Assembly: GCA_030141605.1 (NCBI GenBank)
Contig: JAQGDQ010000906.1
Coordinates: 1 to 64,000 of the forward strand
Source: Tubiluchus corallicola
Taxonomy: Eukaryota; Animalia; Priapulida
DNA: 64,000 nucleotides
Direction: 5' to 3'
Shown in pieces: positions 1 through 10,503 of the stretch. The position numbers were made by a program, and so were the translations under genes. Every line of letters starts with the position of its first letter. Position 1 is the stretch's first letter. Under the pieces are notes generated by a model. The model was not told the origin of the DNA. It saw only the letters and a list, made by a program, of their open reading frames with translations, and did not search any database.

Positions 1-24
1 TGTCTGAGGGTGTTTTTATTACAA
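1..24 (+). CDS. RER1: RER1 (ER retrieval receptor), 3' end of an internal exon running off the window edge
   Basis: TGT CTG AGG GTG TTT TTA TTA CAA reads CLRVFLLQ, followed by a GTAAGT donor at 25. This matches the RER1 '...IRVYLLQ|GWYIV' junction, and the phase-0 donor fits the next exon at 3994. Confidence 0.8.
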
Positions 25-60
25 GTAAGTGCTCAATCAGTCAATCAACCAATCAATCAA

Positions 61-323
61 TTTGTATTTTACATGTGCTGAAAAGAGAGAAATGCGTCGG
101 CCGTTACTTTAATGAGACTTCGGTATCAGTAGTACGGTTCACTCACGTGTGCGTCACATTTGCAGTTAACCGAAAGATGAGATGAGATGAGATGAGATGA
201 GATGAGATGAGATGAGATGAGATGAGATGAGATGAGGTGAGATGAGATGAGATGAGATGAGATGAGATGAGATGAGATGAGATAATATTTATTTTCATAG
301 GTATGATATAAACAGTACATATT
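61..323 (-). repeat. Inverted copy of the RER1 last-intron/last-exon junction, containing an expanded (GATGA)n microsatellite (~176-282)
   Basis: The reverse complement aligns to 8968-9060 and then continues directly into 10160-10222, including ttttcag|CACATG. It lacks the LINE that interrupts the original. Confidence 0.8.
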
Positions 324-324
324 T

Positions 325-445
325 CAATCAATCAATTTATTTCACTCCAGCTATACATATACAATACATCAACATACAATATTGTTGAAACAAAAAGAAA
401 CAGTATAGGTAAAAAAACTTTGATGAAGTCAAATTAACCAAATTA
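325..445 (-). mobile_element. Short 3'-end fragment of the CR1/L2-like LINE seen at 47040-47802
   Basis: Reverse complement of ~47495-47610 ('...atgtattgctggagtgaaataaattgattga'). Confidence 0.6.
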
Positions 446-536
446 ACCAGTAATAAAGCAGTTACCCCTTGGCCGGGTAAGCGAAAAGTCCCTAGTTCAA
501 ATCTCAGTCGTGTCACGACCTGCATTTACGTGCATT

Positions 537-1819
537 TCACGTAAACTTCTTGTAAGCAAACTCGCTAATAAACGTAAACAATGCTACACCGATTCCAAAT
601 ATCAGCCCCCAAAAAACTACGTTAAGTTGCTCCACATTAATTGATAGTGTGCCAACATGTTGAACTGGGGGGTCTAAACATTTTTTAAATGGCTGCAGTA
701 ACTGTTGCAGCAGTTTGTCCACAAGACCGTGTTCTTTTAACGTAACAAGAGCAAAATTTAGGACTTCTGTATAGTTACTATTCTTTGGTACAACTAATGC
801 TGTTGGCGACAAAATACTCAAACACAGGGAAACAGAAAATCTGCATACTCCGTATAATTCATAATCTTTAATTAAAAAGAACTTTGCAAAGGTGCCTTCT
901 TCAAAGTAGGTGTATTTTCCGGTAGCTGTCAGCTCTAATGCCGTTTCTGCATTGTCAGCAGGTACGTTAGCATCCGCTTTCATCCTGTGCCACAGTTGTC
1001 TAAATTCTGGTCGGTTTCTCATTTGCGTGGTGGGGCTGTGTTCGCCTACCGTGACAGGAATCGCGTCGCTGTCTATCAACTCTTGCAGCGTAGAGAAGGG
1101 ATGGACTTGCTTGCTGACGAATAGTTTACTGACCACCGTGCCCGTATATATGGCGGTGATGATGCAGGCAAAAATCCACCACCATCCGATAAGCATCCTA
1201 GCAGATAAACATCGTGGTAAATATGTCGTACCTTGTTGGAGGTATGACGACAGTGTGAACCGAGTAAAGTACGCCTTACTTTCGTTCTTTATCATCGGGG
1301 TTTCCCGTTTTCTTCCGTTCTGTATCATCGGGTTTTCCCGTTTTCTTTGGTGGTTGTTGCTGGATTTTGTAATTCCTTCCTCGTTGCATAAAAACTTGTT
1401 GCTGTAGTCAATATAGTAGAGTATTGTCCCCACTACTGTGCCATATACAAGCAGAAGCAGCCACACGGGTGTGGTGAATGGGTCTATTATACTAAAACCT
1501 TGTAATTGATGTCTTTTTGTGATAAATACACGAGAACTATAAGCAAGTGGGTGAAGAAACATCATGCGTTTCGTTCTTTCTGGTATCATTGCAGTCAATC
1601 CCAGTAACAAGTCGAATTCTCCTGTATCGATTGCATTTTTTGGCGTTTTCAAGTATCTCATGTACGTCACCTTGTACGTGAAGTTTGCCGCTCGGCTGAG
1701 CATCGTAAGCAGCTGATCTAGATACGGTTTCGTCGGATCGTCTCTCCACACGCCCACTCGAAGCAACTCTCCGTGGAGCAAAGAACTTTGTGTTCTGGAC
1801 TTTTTACCATGAAGCGCAT
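537..1819 (-). CDS. Ionotropic receptor (IR / variant iGluR family), exon 2: S1, M1, pore loop, M3, S2, M4
   Basis: Motifs 'GEFDLLLGLTAMIPER', 'IIDPFTTPVWLLL' (pre-M1), 'LQQG...P...SARMLIGWWWIF..II.AIYTG.VVS.L' (pore/M3, a variant of SYTANLAAF) and 'LKEHGLVDKL', plus a C-terminal TM. The ORF lacks an ATG at its 5' end (TGA then TTG) but has a tttctacag acceptor ending at 1820, phase 1. Confidence 0.88.
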
Positions 1820-2545
1820 CTGTAGAAATTTGCAATCATTTTTTATTGTAAAACTTAAACTATGTTCACAGATGATGGTGGAATGTAGAATAACTGTATA
1901 ACTTGTTTCGTTGCCATAAAAATTCTCTCCACACACAGTGGCATAAAAGCAACAAACAATTTATTGAGAAAACCTTGCACTCAAAAACATAACCTTTAAC
2001 ATTGCTGTCTCTAGATCAACTGGAACTTGCATGCCTGAGAGAATAAAGCTGTAATCACATGACCAGACATACAAGTTCCTATTGGAAGGTACATTAAATT
2101 CATGCATACAGACCATAAATGGAAAGGTCACCTATACTCTACAGACTACTAGTTAAACCAAAATCAAAGTCTACTTGGCTTCTTTGATAGCAGAATAAAG
2201 ATTATTGGTTTACAGAAAGCTGTGTTATAATGTTATAAATTTTCTCTATTTAAATTTGAATAAGAGAGTTAGAACCAGAATTAAAGCATGAAATTAACAA
2301 GCTAATTACTCCGATTAATGAATATCTATAAAAGCAAAAGGAAACAATATTTAGAAACAAAAATCAATCTCTGACAAACTTTGTACAATTAGAGTGTAGA
2401 TGGCAGCATAGACTAAATCAGTACTTCAGTGTAGTAGACTGACAATTAAATGGATCACATAATACCACAATCGCGCACTCTGTACAATATGCGAAACAGA
2501 ACTACAATAAAGAACTATGGAGCGCATCTAAACTGTACTGCTTAC

Positions 2546-2663
2546 ACGAGTTGTTGCAATTTTCGCTCCTTCTTTTAGTTTCACACGACGTTCCTTCGAC
2601 GAGAAAACATTCGAGAAAATAAAAAACGATGGCGCAAGTTTTGAGAAATGATGCAAACGACAT
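2546..2663 (-). CDS. Ionotropic receptor exon 1 (signal peptide MSFASFLKTCAIVFYFLECFLVEG...)
   Basis: ATG at 2663, then 39 codons + 1 nt, then a GTAAGC donor at 2545. Phase 1 matches the acceptor at 1820, giving a 466-aa protein with a hydrophobic N-terminus. Confidence 0.78.
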
Positions 2664-2984
2664 TCTTTGCTTTCTTTGGAAGATCGAATCGTAAACTTTA
2701 GCTGATTGGTATTATACAGTCATAATATGGCTGGCCATGCGGGAAGAATGAATATGATTTCAGCTGACCAGTTTTATACTACAATGCCAATGCGTTATCG
2801 TCGATTACTTTGTACACGTATTTGCGTTAATCATAATAGTGTGTACGCAAATTCACTGGGTGCCACTCTACGCGTTTGTTTTACCTGTCACACCTTTCTG
2901 GTATTTAATTAGACTTCTCCTGTTTCCAGCTGTGTTAATAGTACCACCTAGCTAATGTTACGTCAAAACCTAATAAACCATTTA

Positions 2985-3532
2985 GTGGCCTATATATTGA
3001 CTTTTAGTCAACAGAGGACAGCACCATTTTGTGGTCTATATATTGACTTTTTAGTCAATAGAGGACAGCACCATTTTGTGGCCTATATATTGACTTTTTA
3101 GTCAACAGAGGACAGCACCATTTTGTGGTCTATATATTGACTTTTTAGTCAATAGAGGACAGCACCATTTTGTGGCCTATATATTGACTTTTTAGTCAAC
3201 AGAGGACAGCACCATTTTGTGGTCTATATATTGACTTTTTAGTCAACAGGGGACAGCACCATTTTGTGGCGTATATATTGACTTTTTTAGTCAACAGAGG
3301 ACAGCACCATTTTGTGGCCTATATATTGACTTTTTAGTCAACAGAGGACAGCAGCATTTTGTGGCCTACATATTGATTTTTAGTCAACAGAGGACAGCAC
3401 CATTTTGTGGCCTACACATTGACTTTTTAGTCAACAGAGGACAGCACCATTTTGTGGCCTACATATTGACTTTTTAGTCAACAGAAAATAGCACCATTTT
3501 GTGGCCTATATATTGACTTTTTAGTCAACAGA
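2985..3532. repeat. 47-bp minisatellite, ~11-12 copies
   Basis: Unit gtggcctatatattgactttttagtcaacagaggacagcaccatttt, with an internal hairpin ttgact...agtcaa. Confidence 0.95.
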
Positions 3533-3993
3533 GGTAGCACAATTGTTTACTTTCAGTAGTCTGATTCATGAAGTGTGGCCGACATGTACAGTTATCATTG
3601 TTACTGGCATATGTTTCAATTAATTTACATGTTAAGCACGACAGTACAGGGCTGTCAGAAAAAGCATTTTCAAGACGGGGGATTCTTGTCTTACGGGAAG
3701 TGAAGTGATTTAAGAAAACATATTTCAGCAGAATATCTAGATGTTTCATTATTCATAATATGTTTTATCATGTCTTATTTGCATTTCACCATAATTTGTG
3801 TTTTTTTATAGAACTGGTTTGTCTCGGACAAATGCGCATTAACTTGATATACTTACATTTTACTTTCTGTCAAATTAAAACGGTTTTTGATAAGCATTTG
3901 CTAGCCTCGTGCTTTGCTGACAGCACCAATTACATTTACTTTTTTGCATTTTAGTTCTGTTATAGCTTTTATTTCAGCTAGTTTTATTTACAG

Positions 3994-4099
3994 GGATGGT
4001 ATATAGTCACATACGCTCTGGGAATCTACCACTTGAATCTGTTTATAGCCTTCTTGACGCCTAAAATCGATCCAGCGTTGGAGTATTTAGACGAATCAG
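3994..4099 (+). CDS. RER1: RER1 internal exon (GWYIVTYALGIYHLNLFIAFLTPKIDPALEYLDES)
   Basis: tttacag acceptor and GTACGC donor. 106 nt, phase 0 to phase 1. The translation matches the conserved Rer1 motif GWYIVTYALGIYHLNLFIAFL.PK.DP. Confidence 0.95.
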
Positions 4100-4284
4100 G
4101 TACGCTACGGGGTGGCCCCAAAATGAGAGACCGCAGTTTTTCTTTACGCTAAGCTGTTCTTTCTAACAGTTTCGTTGAATTCCTAGAACGGAGCAAAATG
4201 ATAGTAAAAAGTTTGTTTTAACCTACTGATGATGAGAAAAAAAACGAATTCCTAAAATAAAAATGACTGCCAGCACCTGCTTAA

Positions 4285-4742
4285 CCATTTCAGTCCCAAA
4301 TTATTTTTTAATAAGAAAAAATTTTTTGGCTTGGTACTTTTGTTCAGTATATCCATCTTATTTACACATAATAATAGTTTTTTTCTACCTATGCCAGCGT
4401 GCTAAATATAGCCTGTATCCCACAGGATATATTGGGATTCAATGGAAGCATAAAATGTGCTTCATTTTGCAACTGCTGATAATTTTTTAAAGTATTTAAG
4501 ACATTCAGTATGCATGCTATGCTGATCTGTACAAAGTCGTCTCTAAAGTACTGTACATTGCGCAGTTTTTTATGCCATGTAGATTTATAGTTTGCCATTT
4601 TATCACCATTTTTAATCTATTGTTATTGGCTTAAATCAAAATAACTATTAACAGATCAAATAACTATCAGTTTTAAAATTTTATTAATTTTAAAGGCAGA
4701 AAATATTCTCGTATCCCACGGGATACAACGGGAATGAAAGGG
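4285..4742 (+). mobile_element. piggyBac-type non-autonomous element (MITE), 458 bp
   Basis: TTAA at 4281-4284 and 4743-4746. Termini CCATTTCA...TGAAAGGG. The empty site is visible in the adjacent duplicated flank (gcttaagaaaaga, ~4878-4890). A second copy lies at 24873-25330. Confidence 0.88.
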
Positions 4743-5661
4743 TTAAGAAAAGATACGCCTTTGTAACGGTTTCGTTGAATTCCTAGAACGGAGCAAAATG
4801 GTAGTAAAAAATTTGTTTTAACCTACTGGTGATGAGAAAACAAGAAATTCTTAAAATAAAAATGACGGCCAGCACCCGCTTAAGAAAAGACACGCCTTTG
4901 TAACGTTTGCACCAACAAATGATCATGGTTACCGAGTAATTTGCTGTGTAAATTTGAACAACGAACAGTTAATAAATGACAGTGTCTTTCTGAATCTTCT
5001 ATTTCAACTGCAAACTTTGAAACGAGATCAGTACGAAACAAAAAATTGAATTGAATTGAAAAAAGTACGTCTTTCAACATTTTTTTTCAAATTCAATAAC
5101 TCCGCTACGTCATCGTAGCTGGTATGGGTATATGTAATTTCATTGGTCAATTCTTTTGAGATCGAAGAATAAAGATAAAAACAGTCAAGATGCTCATTTT
5201 TAAATTTTTAGATTATTTTCATTACTTTTTTTTTCTTTAGTGTGGGACAATCTAACAAGCCCTGCTTTTTGATTGCCCGCAACACATTTACTTTTGTATG
5301 CATAGCAAACCTAACTATGGTATATCTAAACTAGTTATGTGCTCAAAGTAAACTGTATACGAATTTACTAAGCAACATACAATAGCGATAATTCTCTTGT
5401 TTATCTTTCAACCCCACAGTTGACAGTTAAGTTAGTATATTTGTAATGATGCTGTACATAACGTTGTTTAGACAACAGTATTAAAGGAAGTAGCGATATC
5501 ACTGTCTTTGTCTACCATAGGTTGACCTACGTCTAAAGACAGTTTAAATCATTTTTTCCAAAATTTGCTTCCTATTATGTATCTTACTGTTTGTTATTCA
5601 TTGAATTATTGATAACTTTTTGTTTCTTTTGATGTATTAATTATATAATAATTTTAACCAA

Positions 5662-5790
5662 ACGGTTTAGTCTAGTGGTAATGCGTCTGCTTTCCGAACC
5701 AGCGGCCGGGTCGTACCAAAGACTTTAAAAATGGTACCTGCTGTTGCCCAGCCTGACGCGTGGTATTTAGGGTAAAAGTGGGGTAATAAT
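5662..5790 (+). mobile_element. Degenerate tRNA-derived SINE
   Basis: A-box-like 'ggtttagtctagtggtaatgcgtc' followed by 'gtcgtaccaaagactttaaaaatggtacc...gcctgacgcg', which resembles the central domains of invertebrate SINEs. No B box or cloverleaf is recoverable. Confidence 0.45.
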
Positions 5791-5966
5791 AGTCTCTGTT
5801 CTGTAGTTGTAGGTTGTTATTTACAGTCGGCGATAATAGCTCTTTGAGCTAATGTTAATTGTTGACCCAAAAGCCGACTTTAAATAAAGATTATTATTAT
5901 TATTATTATTTGTGTTGATGTGAAATAAACAAACAAGTTCTAATTTGACATTTCTGATGGTTTCAG

Positions 5967-6045
5967 ACGAGGGGCCGGAGTTGCCGACAAAACAAAACGA
6001 AGAATTCCGACCTTTCATACGACGACTGCCCGAGTTCAAGTTTTG
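5967..6045 (+). CDS. RER1: RER1 internal exon ([27 protein letters not shown])
   Basis: tttcag acceptor and GTACGT donor. 79 nt, phase 1 to phase 2. Contains the Rer1 signature [15 protein letters not shown]. Confidence 0.96.
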
Positions 6046-6295
6046 GTACGTGTTTTTCCCAATAGAGGTCACTGTTATTAGCGAGACGCGAAAGGTGGCG
6101 CTCTTGGTGTGAAAGCGAAGAACACATTTTATGTAAATTTCGCGTTTTTCGTTTTTTGCTAAAGATTGCTTAACATTTTTCACGTGAAGGCGGTTTGTTG
6201 TGATGAACTGGCAAATAGCGTTTCATTCCGTCTCTCTCTTAGCAGGTTTTAGTGCTAACAAAGTGTATTCCTATCGTTGTAGTGTGCGCACTAAT

Positions 6296-7035
6296 ATCTC
6301 GGTTTGTCGGAACTCGCTTTTACAGATATCGGAAAAATTGCACAAAATCTGGACCTTTAAAATGTCCCACATACTACGGATACAGTCCGTTGTTTCACGA
6401 GCTGACCGCTAGTTGGTGGATCTCGCTTTGTTTACATCATTACAACAGTGTAACCAAGTAGCGTGTAACGACACGTGTGTGCCTTGTGTGTCAGGACCGG
6501 CCCCCGTACTAATCATTTTTGAGACAATTAAGCGATTGATTCTACATTACCATGAATCTAATAATTGCAGACAGTTTTTATATACTTTTGTATAGAAGTG
6601 GCCTGTACTAGACGTTTTTGAGACAATTAGGCGATTGATTCTACATTACCGTGAGTCTAATAATTGCAGACAGTTTTTATATACTTTTGCACAGAAGCGG
6701 CCCGTACTAGACGTTTTTGAGACAATTAGGCGATTGATTCTACATTACCGTGAGTCTAATAATTGCAGACAGTTTTTATATACTTTTGCATAGAAACGGC
6801 CCGTACTAGACGTTTTTGAGACAATTAGGCGATTGATTCTACATTACTGTGAGTCTAATAATTGCAGATAGTTTTTTTATACTTTTGCATAGAAGCGGCC
6901 CGTACAAGGCATTTGTGAGACAATTAGGCAATTGATTCTACATTACCATGAGTCTAATACACGGCGCCTTCCTTATTAGCTTACAATAAATACGGACATT
7001 CGGCAAATTCGACGATTTCTGGCAAACCAAGATGT
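6296..7035. mobile_element. TIR element carrying an internal ~98-bp tandem array (~6505-6960)
   Basis: Imperfect terminal inverted repeats atctcggtttgtcggaa / ttctggcaaaccaagat. Related sequence occurs inverted at ~18610-18850 and ~63800-64000. Confidence 0.5.
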
Positions 7036-7046
7036 ACATGTACAAT

Positions 7047-8131
7047 ACTGTATGCATTGTTCATCACTTGCATCCGTCTTTGTTCGCAGTGACATCTGTA
7101 GTTAACATTCCTAATTGTTTTTTTTGTGTCGCCACCTGCAGTCAACATTTGTAATTATTTTTCCAGGTATTCAGCATACTGTGTGCATTGTTCATCACTT
7201 GCATCCGTCTTTGTTCACAGTGACATCTGTAGTTAACATTCCTAATTGTTTTTTTTGTGTCGCCACCTGCAGTCAACATTTGTAATTATTTTTCCAGGTA
7301 TTCAGCCACGAAGGGAATTCTTATAGCGATGGTTTGCACATTTTTTGACGCCTTCAACATCCCGGTTTTTTGGCCGATTCTTGTGATGTACTTTATAACA
7401 CTGTTCTGCATTACGATGAAGAGACAAATTAAGGTAAAACAATTTCTCGAGGTTAAAGGAAAAGGCAACGTTTTTTGGCTTGCCGGACTTATTTAGCTGT
7501 TATTCGATTCTAGTGATGTACTTTATAACACTGTTCTGCATTACGATGAAGAGACAAATTAAGGTAAAACATTTTCTCCAGGTTAAAGGAAAAGGCAACG
7601 TTTTTTGGCTTGCCGGACTTATTTAGTTGTTATTCGATTCTAGTGATGTACTTTATAACCCTGTTCTGCATTACAATGAAGAGACAAATTAAGGTAAAAC
7701 ATTTTCTCGAGGTTAAAGGAAAAGGCAACATTTTTTTGGTTTGCTCAACTTATTTATTTGTTATTCGATTCTAGTGATGTACTTTATAACCCTGTTCTGC
7801 ATTACAATGAAGAGACAAATTAAGGTAAAACATTTTCTCGAGGTTAAAGGAAAAGGCAACGTTTTCTTGGCTTGCTCGACTTATTTAGTTGTTATTCGAT
7901 TCTAGTGATGTACTTTATAACACTGTTCTGCATTACGATGAAGAGACAAATTAAGGTAAAACATTTTCTCGAGGTTAAAGGAAAAGGCAACATTTTTTTG
8001 GCTTGCTCGACTTATTTAGTTGTTATTCGATTCTAGTGATGTACTTTATAACTCTGTTCTGTATTACAATGAAGAGACAAATTAAGGTAAAACATTTTCT
8101 CGAGGTTAAAGGAAAAGGCAACGTTTTTTGG

Positions 8132-8132
<1 letters not shown>
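7047..8132 (+). repeat. Tandem ~130-bp duplications copying the acceptor (x2) and the exon 3' half plus donor (x6) of a RER1 exon
   Basis: 'tttccaggtattcagc' occurs at ~7160 and ~7291. '...gagacaaattaagGTAAAAcattttctcgagg...' is repeated from ~7376 to ~8130. Confidence 0.93.
7298..7433 (+). CDS. RER1: RER1 internal exon ([45 protein letters not shown])
   Basis: tttccag acceptor and AAG|GTAAAA donor. 136 nt, phase 2 to phase 0. Contains the Rer1 motif PVFWPILVMYF..LF..TMKRQIK. Confidence 0.96.
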
Positions 8133-8164
<32 letters not shown>

Positions 8165-8242
8165 TATATATGTTCAGATATATATATACAGATATATATG
8201 TGTGAGTATATATCTGTATATATATATATCTGAACATATATA

Positions 8243-8296
<54 letters not shown>
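8133..8296. repeat. (TA)n microsatellite region
   Basis: Visible directly. Confidence 0.9.
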
Positions 8297-8298
<2 letters not shown>

Positions 8299-9060
8299 GC
8301 AGTATATTATATAAATATATTATACTATATGTAATATATTTGTCTGTTGCAGCTTACGTATTAATATATATTTTATGTCTAATATAGCTAATATATTAAT
8401 TTAGGTGGTATAGGTTTAATGTAGCGCAAAACATTAGCAATTTTCTAAGTGAGAATCGCATGAAATCGAATCTCCAATCAACTCGTCGCTGCTGCTCTTG
8501 GAGGAGGTGCCCTAAAATGCGACCCACATCACCGTGTAGCTCTATTCTTCCTCTTTCCAAAGAGCTACATTTCACTCTCCAAGAGCATCGCCAGCCGCAG
8601 ATGGGGTGCATTTTCGTTAAGCTATTCCGATAGTAGTATGGTTCAATCGTGTTTGTGCCTCTCGCTAGTAGTACGGTTCATTCATGTCTTTGCATCAGCT
8701 TGAACTCCCCAATTTTGTTAAGTCGTAATTTAAATGCTGAAATGTTGGCAGGAGAAATTTTTATTGACTTAGACAGCTTTCTGTGTAAATTTTAGAAATT
8801 TTTATTACTTCCTAAAATTTTTGCCATCTTCATGTAGTTTTAATTTTCCTTGTACCAATACCTCTGATAGCATCCAAAAGATTTAAGAAGTTCATATTAT
8901 TACCATGTTATCGCTCATATACATTATGTTTGATATCGGTTTACGAGCTTTAAGCTCATGTTTCTACAAATATGTACTGTTTATATCATACCGATGAAAA
9001 TAAATATTATCTTATCTTATCTTTCGGTTAACTGCAAATGTGACGCACACGTGAGTGAAC

Positions 9061-10162
9061 CATCATCATCATCCAATGAATCACATGTCCAGGGACGTGA
9101 TTCTGCTCACCTCCCTATGCCAGGACTCCCTACACGCTGCAATGCCCCAAGTGGATTTATTTCTAAGGATCAATGCTGAAGTGTTTAAATCTTTCTGTGC
9201 AAAATCTAAATATGTTAACATTTGTCCTCCTGCAGGTTTTTTAGCTGGTTCTATGGCTTGTTGAAGAGCTATCTTCACTGGAATATCATCAGTAAATCTA
9301 AGCATATGACCAATCCATCTTAAACTGCGTCTTTTTATTTTTCTTGTCCAAGGTTCTTCTTTTATTTTTTCATATAGATCTTTGTTTCAAATTTTCTTTA
9401 GCCATCTAATACCCAAAATGTTTCTGTAATTTCGCCTTTCAAACGCATCTCAGCTTTATGATTTGCTTTTAATGTCCAGAGCTCAGAGTTATACAGAAAT
9501 ACAGTGTCAACTAAGGCTGAGAATATTCTAATTTTTGTTTCCAAAGAAATCTTCCTATTCTCAAAAACTTTTGTGAGTTTTGAGTAAGCTGATAATGCCA
9601 TTATCTTCTGTCTTGATATGTCGTCCTCTGTTGCCAGCAGACTACCGAGATACTTGCATCTTTGCCATGATTCATCGCCATGGCGTGTTATGTGAAACTC
9701 TTTAGTTTTATTTTTGTTTACAACGAGATCCATTCTGTTCAGTTTCTCCCTTACTGAGTTTTTTTATTTCATCTACTTCTTCTTTATTTCTTGTAATCCA
9801 TGCCACATCATCAGCATACTGCATAGATATCGTAGTTGACTTACTTTGTAGAGAGCTGTAACTGTGTTCTTGTCTTACTTCATTCGGTATTAATTCAGGA
9901 TCAAGGATTGTGTAATTGTGATCTTCTAGGTCTTTCATTGGTATAACTTTGTCCTCAGTGAGAGCAATGGCAAGATATAAAGTGAAAAGTACAGGGCTTA
10001 GGCAGTCACCCTGAGGTACTCCTTTGTTTGTAGAAAATGGCTGACTCAATTTCCCTTCACACCTGACTTGAATTAATAGATTTTCTAACATTATACTTAT
10101 GATGTATATTTCATCAGGTTCAAGGATTTCTTCCAGACAGCAAAGCCACATCATCAGCATAC
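9061..10162 (-). mobile_element. 5'-truncated, frameshifted non-LTR retrotransposon (RTE-like) in the last RER1 intron
   Basis: RT motifs 'KGVPQGDCLSPVLFTLY' and 'QYADD', then 'NKNKTK', 'KYLGS', 'FLYNSELW' and 'GHMLR', spread over three frames. A (GAT)n tail sits at 9061-9072. Confidence 0.9.
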
Positions 10163-10205
10163 CGATACGGAATCTCACTAAAATAACGCTTTTCTCTCTT
10201 TTCAG

Positions 10206-10298
10206 CACATGATAAAATACAGATACCTGCCGTTCACACACGGGAAGACGAAGTACAGAGGCAAGGAGGACTCGGGGAAGGCCTACGTCTCTAAGTAG
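10206..10298 (+). CDS. RER1: RER1 last coding exon (HMIKYRYLPFTHGKTKYRGKEDSGKAYVSK*)
   Basis: Polypyrimidine tract and ttttcag acceptor. HMIKYRY.PFTHGK is the Rer1 C-terminus. TAG ends at 10298, and AATAAA follows at ~10381. Confidence 0.95.
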   Translation, partial: HMIKYRYLPFTHGKTKYRGKEDSGKAYVSK

Positions 10299-10503
10299 CG
10301 AGTCAATCAGCGAGTCAGTCTTAATCAACTGTGTAGAATTTCAAGAATGTCGACAAGTCAGTGTTACCAATTTGTGAAGAAATAAACCTCTTTGTTATCG
10401 AGTTATGGAAACTGGATGAGGCCAAAAATAAGCGCCGAGCTTGGATTTGAACCTGGGGCTTTTACGTTAAATTTTATGATTTACACCGCCCGAGTACTTT
10501 AAG

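Noticed and set aside
910-1407. 165-aa + strand ORF
   Set aside because: It is the antisense shadow of the IR exon. The same applies to the short antisense ORFs over the BTB and DUF4419 genes.
7500-8233. Additional RER1 exons or paralogues ([19 protein letters not shown] repeats)
   Set aside because: These are partial tandem copies lacking the exon's 5' half and a proper acceptor, so they are treated as repeats.
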